In this document: one piece after another, positions 58,038 to 64,000 of the stretch
How positions within the stretch are numbered: the stretch's first letter is position 1
Layout of the letters: every line of letters begins with the position of its first letter
Virus record (IMG/VR): IMGVR_UViG_3300024239_000011
Coordinates: 434,001 to 498,000 of that record
Reading direction: 5' to 3' (one strand)
Length of the DNA: 64,000 nucleotides
Program-made: the position numbers and the translations under genes
Notes under the pieces: generated by a model
Seen by the model: only the letters and a program-made list of their open reading frames with translations
The model's database searches: none
What the model was told of the DNA's origin: nothing

Positions 58038-59108
58038 TTATCGGCTAATTTTTACACACCATTTATTCGTGCTGTTGTCCGGAAGACTTGGCCCGTTATT
58101 TGGCAGTATCCCAGAAAACAAGAAAGACGACACATCAATCAATGCGACTGTGGTAGAATACAAATACACTTCGTCGGGAATGACCATCTTCCCCTGGTTG
58201 TCGAATACCTGAACAATGTTGTAGCGGTTATCGAGGTCATGGAAGACACGAAGCAATTTCATCCCTGGCTCAATACCCATAGACATCATGGTAGAATCGA
58301 TCTGTATTTGTCCTGCCCCTGCCGTACCAGTTACTACGGTTAGGAAGTTGGTGTGGTCGAACAATTCCGTATGAGTATTTGCCCCGGTTAATGGCACCCA
58401 CCCTTTTTTGGCATTGAAATATTCAGGGCAGTCATAATCAGTATTGAAACGAAAATCACCGGGTACCGCTACACCTGGGCGATCTACTGTCGTACTGGAA
58501 GGTAGCTTTAAGCTTCCCTTTCGATCCATGATGAAACGGGCATTGGTATCTGAATAGAAGTCGTCCAGTTTGAAAATATCATCGGTGATTTTTAGTCGTT
58601 CAACGGCATTTACAACTACACGGAATCGGGGATTTCCTGCCGACGTACCGTGCTGGGTAAATTCCGTCTTGGTTTGATTGACATATTGGTAGGTATTTCC
58701 ATTGATTCCGACCGAATAATCGTCGTCGGTCACGATCAGACGATCACGATTGTCCACGATTACGTGGAACCGCGAGTTCCCAGGTGAAGTGCCATACTTG
58801 CGAAAAATTGTGCGCGTCTCGGTGATATTCAAATGGGTATTCCCATTGATATCAAGGTTGAGATCGCCCCCGGACGGAAGTTGTCCATCAATCCGGGTCT
58901 GTGTAACGATTACTTTATCTGTACCAGCCACCGAGAGCTTAAGCGAACCTGTCGTGGGGGCGATATTCAGCCGGGCATACGTATCGGCAGCAACAAGGTA
59001 ATCCTTGGTGTCGTCGGTGGTGATCTTGAAACGAACGTTATCACTCCCGGTGAAATGAGGGATGTTCGTAACAAGGATTTGGTTTTTGTCTTTTATGACA
59101 CCAGTCAT
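58038..59108 (-). CDS. Tail fibre-like protein
   Basis: LKLPS.TT..RP....G.FRFNTD; C domain paralogous to 57276-58019. Confidence 0.72.
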   Translation of the reverse strand: MTGVIKDKNQILVTNIPHFTGSDNVRFKITTDDTKDYLVAADTYARLNIAPTTGSLKLSVAGTDKVIVTQTRIDGQLPSGGDLNLDINGNTHLNITETRTIFRKYGTSPGNSRFHVIVDNRDRLIVTDDDYSVGINGNTYQYVNQTKTEFTQHGTSAGNPRFRVVVNAVERLKITDDIFKLDDFYSDTNARFIMDRKGSLKLPSSTTVDRPGVAVPGDFRFNTDYDCPEYFNAKKGWVPLTGANTHTELFDHTNFLTVVTGTAGAGQIQIDSTMMSMGIEPGMKLLRVFHDLDNRYNIVQVFDNQGKMVIPDEVYLYSTTVALIDVSSFLFSGILPNNGPSLPDNSTNKWCVKISR

Positions 59109-59119
59109 GTATTCACCAC

Positions 59120-60916
59120 TTAACAGAAGTTGTGCCGGATAAAGCCGTAAAGGTATTTACCGTCGCAATGAAACTCGATAACGTCGGTTGCGTTCGGTAC
59201 AGTAGTCAGACGTGGTTTCCCGCCGGGGAACTTAATCATGTCTGCAAATTTGATGTCGTGACCACCAACATCGTCTTGATGGATGAAGAGGACATAGGTG
59301 TGACCCGCCACGCACCCATCCACCGACAGTTCGATAGGTTTGTCCAAGAAAAGGGTCATGGTCCGCGAGCGATTCATCAACCAAACCGTTTTTGCATCAC
59401 ACGGAAGTTCACCATGTGAGACGGTCATTACTTCGTTCCAGCCGGTTACCTCGCAGACTTCAAAGCTGGTCGTCTCTTCGTTGTAGCGAATCAGCCCGGT
59501 TTCATGCTCGCCTCGGTCATAGGTTCGGCCACATGGAACTTTCAAACCGCGCCGCCCACCAACACGTAGATTGGACGCCAGAGAAATGACCGGATTACCA
59601 AGGGCACCGTCTCCATTTACTATGTCGATTTGATCTGGTTGACCAACCAGGGTACGACCAACCAGATTATCACCCACCTTGATCATCACCCCACCGAGGA
59701 CACCCGTAACCTTATCAACTACGGCACCGTCTTGCTTCAGGTCGCGCCCATCAATCACTCCACCATCTGGGAATACGATACTGCCACGGATGTACAGATC
59801 GCCTTTGATTGCATCACCCGTTTTGGTAATGAAACGGTCGTCCGCCTCTGACTTGGTGTAGTGGTTCGGAAGCTGGGTCTGAATGATTGCGTTCGACAAA
59901 CCCTTGACCACGCCAGAACCGCGCACGTCGCCCTGGAAGGTTAGTTTGAAATCGGAGGCACCGATCTCTGGGTTCCCATCGAAACCGTCTCCATGGCGTA
60001 CCGTAATACCACTGACACCCTTAATTTCACGCGGGGCAGTCTCGGTACCGGGACGACGTTGAACCACGAAGCCTGCGGCGTTGCCCAAGGTGGAACGCAA
60101 ATATCGAGTATCATTGTAATCGCGGTCGCCAATATGAGTACCATAGATGGGTTCCTTGACGCCCTTCAGGTAATTACCATTGAGATCAAGGGTTCCCATC
60201 ATCTTCCCACCGGTCGTGGAAAGCACTTCATTGGTGTCAAGACGGAGGTTCAGAACTATGTCCTCAAGGTTTTTAACCTTCACCGAGCCTTTGACATCGC
60301 CCCGCACCACCAGATTGAAGCCCTTAATACCCACGGTCGGCGGACCCTGTACACCGTCATGATTTAGGACGCGCAAGCCATCAATGGCTTCAAGATGACG
60401 CCCAGTGAATACGCCATCTGCTTGCCGCACCAGAATACCACTTTTGGTATTTATGCGGTCTAGCAGCAGTCCATCCTTGGTTAAATCACGACCAGCAACC
60501 GTGAAACCGTCATCAACATGAATGTTGGCGTTCTTCATGACCAGATCACCTGTCATGGTATCGCCGGTTTGGTTGACGTAGGTGTTTGAGCCATCTTCGA
60601 CTGAAACAATACGTCCTTTTATATCCACTGTGATTTTAGCTGCATCGTATGTACCGGCAACAACACCGGTTTCTGTCAGGCACAACTTGATTTTGAGGGG
60701 GTCGCTGCCTTCAGCAATGTATGAGGAAACGCCAACAACATCACCCTCTACCTTGATGAACTTGTTCTGGATGCGACTAATTTCATCTGCCGCCTGTCCT
60801 AGATTATCTGCGATAGAGGCAAAGTTGTCCCGAAAACCCTGTGTTGAATTTGCCTGCTTGGCCTTCGGAAAGTCTTTGTCAATGCCGGTAATGTCTATTT
60901 TTGACCCAAATGCCAT
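59120..60916 (-). CDS. Tail fibre protein
   Basis: FP...Q.N..QGFRDNF, GV.AGTY...TVD.KGR, GD.M.GDL and NGDG..GNP repeats, L.I.QD..GG. Confidence 0.8.
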   Translation of the reverse strand: MAFGSKIDITGIDKDFPKAKQANSTQGFRDNFASIADNLGQAADEISRIQNKFIKVEGDVVGVSSYIAEGSDPLKIKLCLTETGVVAGTYDAAKITVDIKGRIVSVEDGSNTYVNQTGDTMTGDLVMKNANIHVDDGFTVAGRDLTKDGLLLDRINTKSGILVRQADGVFTGRHLEAIDGLRVLNHDGVQGPPTVGIKGFNLVVRGDVKGSVKVKNLEDIVLNLRLDTNEVLSTTGGKMMGTLDLNGNYLKGVKEPIYGTHIGDRDYNDTRYLRSTLGNAAGFVVQRRPGTETAPREIKGVSGITVRHGDGFDGNPEIGASDFKLTFQGDVRGSGVVKGLSNAIIQTQLPNHYTKSEADDRFITKTGDAIKGDLYIRGSIVFPDGGVIDGRDLKQDGAVVDKVTGVLGGVMIKVGDNLVGRTLVGQPDQIDIVNGDGALGNPVISLASNLRVGGRRGLKVPCGRTYDRGEHETGLIRYNEETTSFEVCEVTGWNEVMTVSHGELPCDAKTVWLMNRSRTMTLFLDKPIELSVDGCVAGHTYVLFIHQDDVGGHDIKFADMIKFPGGKPRLTTVPNATDVIEFHCDGKYLYGFIRHNFC

Positions 60917-60976
60917 ATTCCCGCCCTCGTGCTGTTCTGAATATTTATCCAGAGAGAGGGTTGCCTAAATACTGGC

Positions 60977-61495
60977 ATGAAGATGATCGAGCTATTCGAG
61001 TATACAGTTGATGGTTTCGTGATCCAAAATAGCGCGAGCATGATCACACCGGCTGGTGAAGTCATACCGTGTGATTTCGCTGGGCACAGTGATACCGTGG
61101 TACATTGGATGGAAGTTAATGATCCAGACACTCTAGCACAGTGGATCAACGATGGGATTGTTGGCTGGACTGCCGTTAATGGGCACAAAACTGTAAGTGA
61201 TGAGCAAAAAGTGATGGAAGCAGCCATTCTACATGGGTGGGTACGGTATTACTTTAGCGGCAAGGTCAATGATTGGGACGAATTTATTCTTCGTTATGTC
61301 AGAAATGCTCGTTATCTGGTAGGTTTTACATGTTCCCCCTCCCACCTCAATGGGAATACTGCTACTGCTTGCTTTCGATTATTAACAAATTTGCAGAAGA
61401 TGCAGCCGATTGCAGTGGAATTGGGCGGATATACAGAGTCGTCATATTCGGTGGTACCGTACCGGAAGGCGGTGGAATTCTTCCGATCAATATGA
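60977..61495 (+). CDS. Hypothetical 'GWVR' family protein, putative head-internal
   Basis: MKMIELFE; ITPAGE...H...AILHGWVR; TAAATA shortly before the ATG. Confidence 0.7.
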   Translation: MKMIELFEYTVDGFVIQNSASMITPAGEVIPCDFAGHSDTVVHWMEVNDPDTLAQWINDGIVGWTAVNGHKTVSDEQKVMEAAILHGWVRYYFSGKVNDWDEFILRYVRNARYLVGFTCSPSHLNGNTATACFRLLTNLQKMQPIAVELGGYTESSYSVVPYRKAVEFFRSI

Positions 61496-61561
61496 CTTTT
61501 ATGCGGTTATAAATACCTCCACACACAGGGAGTAATTCCACACACATCACCGGAGGTAATT

Positions 61562-62566
61562 ATGACGGATAACCCGTTTTCGATTCGTTTTTCCTGTCTT
61601 GAACTTGCTCTAAAGTCGTCCATCGACCCAGAGAATGTGCTTCTCACCGCCACCAAATACTACAATTTCGTCAATGGTGATTTTACTTCCATTCCTGAAT
61701 TGTCAGACAAAGTGAAGTTAGTTCAGCGCGAAAACTCTCCCAACCTTTCCAAGGTGTCGGTCCAAATCCGTGACACTGGTTACGAAACCACAGTGCTTGA
61801 GCGTATTCGCAAGGCACCGGAGCGCAAGATTTTTGCCATCGATTTGGAAGACAAGTCTCCTGAAGACATTGTTGAAGCTCTTGAGGAATACAAATCCAAG
61901 TTCGAAACGTTGATTGAACTCAAGGCCATGAAGAAGCTTGCTGGTGTTAGCGAAGACATCGACCTAGATGCGCTCTCGCCAACAGATGATAGTCCAACCC
62001 TTTGTGAGTTTAATCGTGCAGAAGTTCTCGAAATGAAGAACCTACGCAACCTTGTTGCCGATGAGTCAACGGCGGAAAATGAAGAACTTGCCAACGCGAT
62101 CACCAAACTGAAAGCGTCGATCAATTACAAACCGAAATTTGGTGGTAAGATCACCAATCCCATCGAAACTTTGTTCCGCGCTGCTGATACCAAGATCGCT
62201 GAAGTAGCAGAAGATGGCGAAAGCATCAATGCCACCCTACAGTACGCAGTGGATAAAGCGATCAATGAAGCTGCTCGTGTATTGATCGTGGCTAAGGTAG
62301 ATCAAATCATGGTGCCAATGTCGGTTATTCTAGCACTAGATCACGCAGCATTGGGTACCAAGAGCATCAATCCGGATAATGGCATGGCAATGTTCTCGTT
62401 CTTGTCAGGTGGGTATGTGGAGATTCGTGAAAGCGTTGATCCGGAAACTGAAAATCTTGCACCGTATGATTATTTGGTTATGCGGGGGACGATGGGTAGT
62501 CAGTCACCGAAAGATTATAATGGGCGTACCATATATTTGGTACGGGATGCTTCTCCACGAGCATAA
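61562..62566 (+). CDS. Hypothetical acidic protein
   Basis: TATAAATA and GGAGG upstream; IR..CLELAL...VL.TA.KYY.FV; MKKLAG. Confidence 0.75.
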   Translation: MTDNPFSIRFSCLELALKSSIDPENVLLTATKYYNFVNGDFTSIPELSDKVKLVQRENSPNLSKVSVQIRDTGYETTVLERIRKAPERKIFAIDLEDKSPEDIVEALEEYKSKFETLIELKAMKKLAGVSEDIDLDALSPTDDSPTLCEFNRAEVLEMKNLRNLVADESTAENEELANAITKLKASINYKPKFGGKITNPIETLFRAADTKIAEVAEDGESINATLQYAVDKAINEAARVLIVAKVDQIMVPMSVILALDHAALGTKSINPDNGMAMFSFLSGGYVEIRESVDPETENLAPYDYLVMRGTMGSQSPKDYNGRTIYLVRDASPRA

Positions 62567-62572
62567 ACCAAC

Positions 62573-62594
62573 GGGGCGGGAGAACTCTCGCCCC
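62573..62594 (+). terminator. Intrinsic terminator
   Basis: GGGGCGGGAG...CTCTCGCCCC followed by TTCTTCTTT. Confidence 0.7.
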
Positions 62595-62638
62595 TTCTTC
62601 TTTCCGCTAAATACCCTGGAATCAAACCAGGGGGCAGC

Positions 62639-63532
62639 ATGGCTTTGCAAAATATTGTTGGGGAGTTGAACCCCTATATCGAAAATGGTGTGCAAATCGA
62701 AGAAACGTTTGGTAAGTACAAAACAAAATTACTTCGTTCCGATAATGACCATTTTACGTTTGATTTTTATCCATCATTTGATGAATTATCAGTATATTAC
62801 GATCAGGTTTACCCGAATACTGGGGGTCGCCCATTCTGGTATAATGCCGATAACAATTATGCAGATGAACGATGGGTTGGGGTGGTTCCAGCAATTGAAC
62901 AATGGATTGAACACCACTTCGGTCGCCGCGATATCACGATCCATGAGGTTGGGTGCGGTTTTGGTGGGCTTGTCGCCAAGCTTCGATCTTTAGGACTGGA
63001 TGCTTCCGGTACCGATCTCAACACAAAAGCTATCAGCGATGGACGCACCCGGAAGGGTAATCAACACATCCATGGTCGAAGTGTATATGAGTTCCTTGCG
63101 GAGTATGGCAGTCAGGATATGATCTTGATGCAACATTTCCTTGAGCATGTGACTGATCCAGTAGAAATTCTCAAAAATATGAAGGATCATATCAATCCCG
63201 GTGGATTGATATTCGGGCGCGTTCCAAATAGCCAATTCTACCTAGCGAAACATCGCACTATTCGCTCGCACTGGTATGGATACCCACACCATCTACATTA
63301 TTTTTCCGCAGCGTCCATTGAGAAAATCCTGACTCATTGTGGATATACGGTATTGATGGTTGGCGCGACCGACGCGGAAATGTTTGGTGATCGTCAATGG
63401 AAGAAATTCGATGAAATCGAAGAGGTTGCTCGTGAACGCGGAGACTGGAATGGGTCATGGGATGATTTGGTAAACCTGCTCATTACGCGAAATGAAGCGA
63501 AAGAAGTTCAATTTGTAGCGCGAGTGGACTAA
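62639..63532 (+). CDS. Class I SAM-dependent methyltransferase
   Basis: EVGCGFG, GTDLN, HFLEHVTDP, PGG....VPN, PHHLHYFS. Confidence 0.88.
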   Translation: MALQNIVGELNPYIENGVQIEETFGKYKTKLLRSDNDHFTFDFYPSFDELSVYYDQVYPNTGGRPFWYNADNNYADERWVGVVPAIEQWIEHHFGRRDITIHEVGCGFGGLVAKLRSLGLDASGTDLNTKAISDGRTRKGNQHIHGRSVYEFLAEYGSQDMILMQHFLEHVTDPVEILKNMKDHINPGGLIFGRVPNSQFYLAKHRTIRSHWYGYPHHLHYFSAASIEKILTHCGYTVLMVGATDAEMFGDRQWKKFDEIEEVARERGDWNGSWDDLVNLLITRNEAKEVQFVARVD

Positions 63533-64000
63533 TGCCAAAAGGATTAATTCAGCCTAAAGACTATGGCGACATCATTGCCTTGCAAGGTATTGCCAATTTT
63601 CACGGGGTAACGGCTTGGCCGGTATGTCCTCATGTAATTGAAGTCTTCCGGCACTTCCCCGATATCGAACCAATCCTATTAGATGGATGTACTGATCTGG
63701 CACAACATTACTATCACCAAGCTTATGATGTACTCGTAAGGCGTGGATTTGATGTGGTTGATACTATGTGGCATGGACGGGCAAATGGGTGGGAACGACA
63801 ACGTACCGTGGAAGGTCTTAAGAGGTGGCCGCAGCAAGTTCGCGAGACGCTGTTCGTAGACGAACTCAAGTACCTGATGGCGGAAGTACCGATTGAAGAG
63901 AAACATCGGGGTTTCCGGTGGAAGCGTTTCCCAGACAAAGAAAATACTTTGCTTGACCATGCTCGACAAATAGCGGGTGGGTCGCGGTATGTAGTGGTTC
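63532..64000 (+). CDS. Partial ORF, possibly glycosyltransferase-like (runs off the right edge)
   Basis: Manual translation MPKGLIQPKDYGDIIALQGIANF..., open to the window end; N-terminal GD motif as in GT9-like proteins. Confidence 0.5.
   Translation, partial: MPKGLIQPKDYGDIIALQGIANFHGVTAWPVCPHVIEVFRHFPDIEPILLDGCTDLAQHYYHQAYDVLVRRGFDVVDTMWHGRANGWERQRTVEGLKRWPQQVRETLFVDELKYLMAEVPIEEKHRGFRWKRFPDKENTLLDHARQIAGGSRYVVV

Overview
A 64 kb segment of a large T4-like (jumbo) myovirus genome. The host is probably a GC-rich alphaproteobacterium, inferred from MucR/Ros, an Omp25/RopB-type barrel, a Cle-like receiver and a plcP-agt-like pair. Core phage genes include a clamp loader, a Dda/RecD-like helicase, a DnaE fragment, GroES, an i-/o-spanin pair, a tail fibre/baseplate cluster (52.7-60.9 kb) and four free-standing homing endonucleases. 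Host-like auxiliary genes include clpA, dnaJ, smpB, infA, prkA-yeaH-spoVR, an RlmN-like enzyme, phoH, mucR, a TAXI receptor, an Apyc1-like MBL hydrolase and the PlcP/Agt-like lipid remodelling pair. The main unexplained patterns are: (1) a ~540 nt non-coding block at 8.5-9.05 kb tiled with helices, a candidate large structured RNA; (2) about ten TAAATA late promoters embedded in hairpins that occlude the ribosome-binding site; (3) proteins sharing an N-terminal M-[RK]-x-x-E-h-h-(x)-E capsid-targeting-like tag, two carrying clear ADP-ribosyltransferase-like domains; (4) a nine-member 'ATLFxLxW' paralogue family; (5) a homing endonuclease insertion that replaced the 3' end of its target gene; and (6) a rhomboid gene frameshifted by a 52 bp tandem duplication. 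All family assignments come from recognising motifs by eye; no searches were run.
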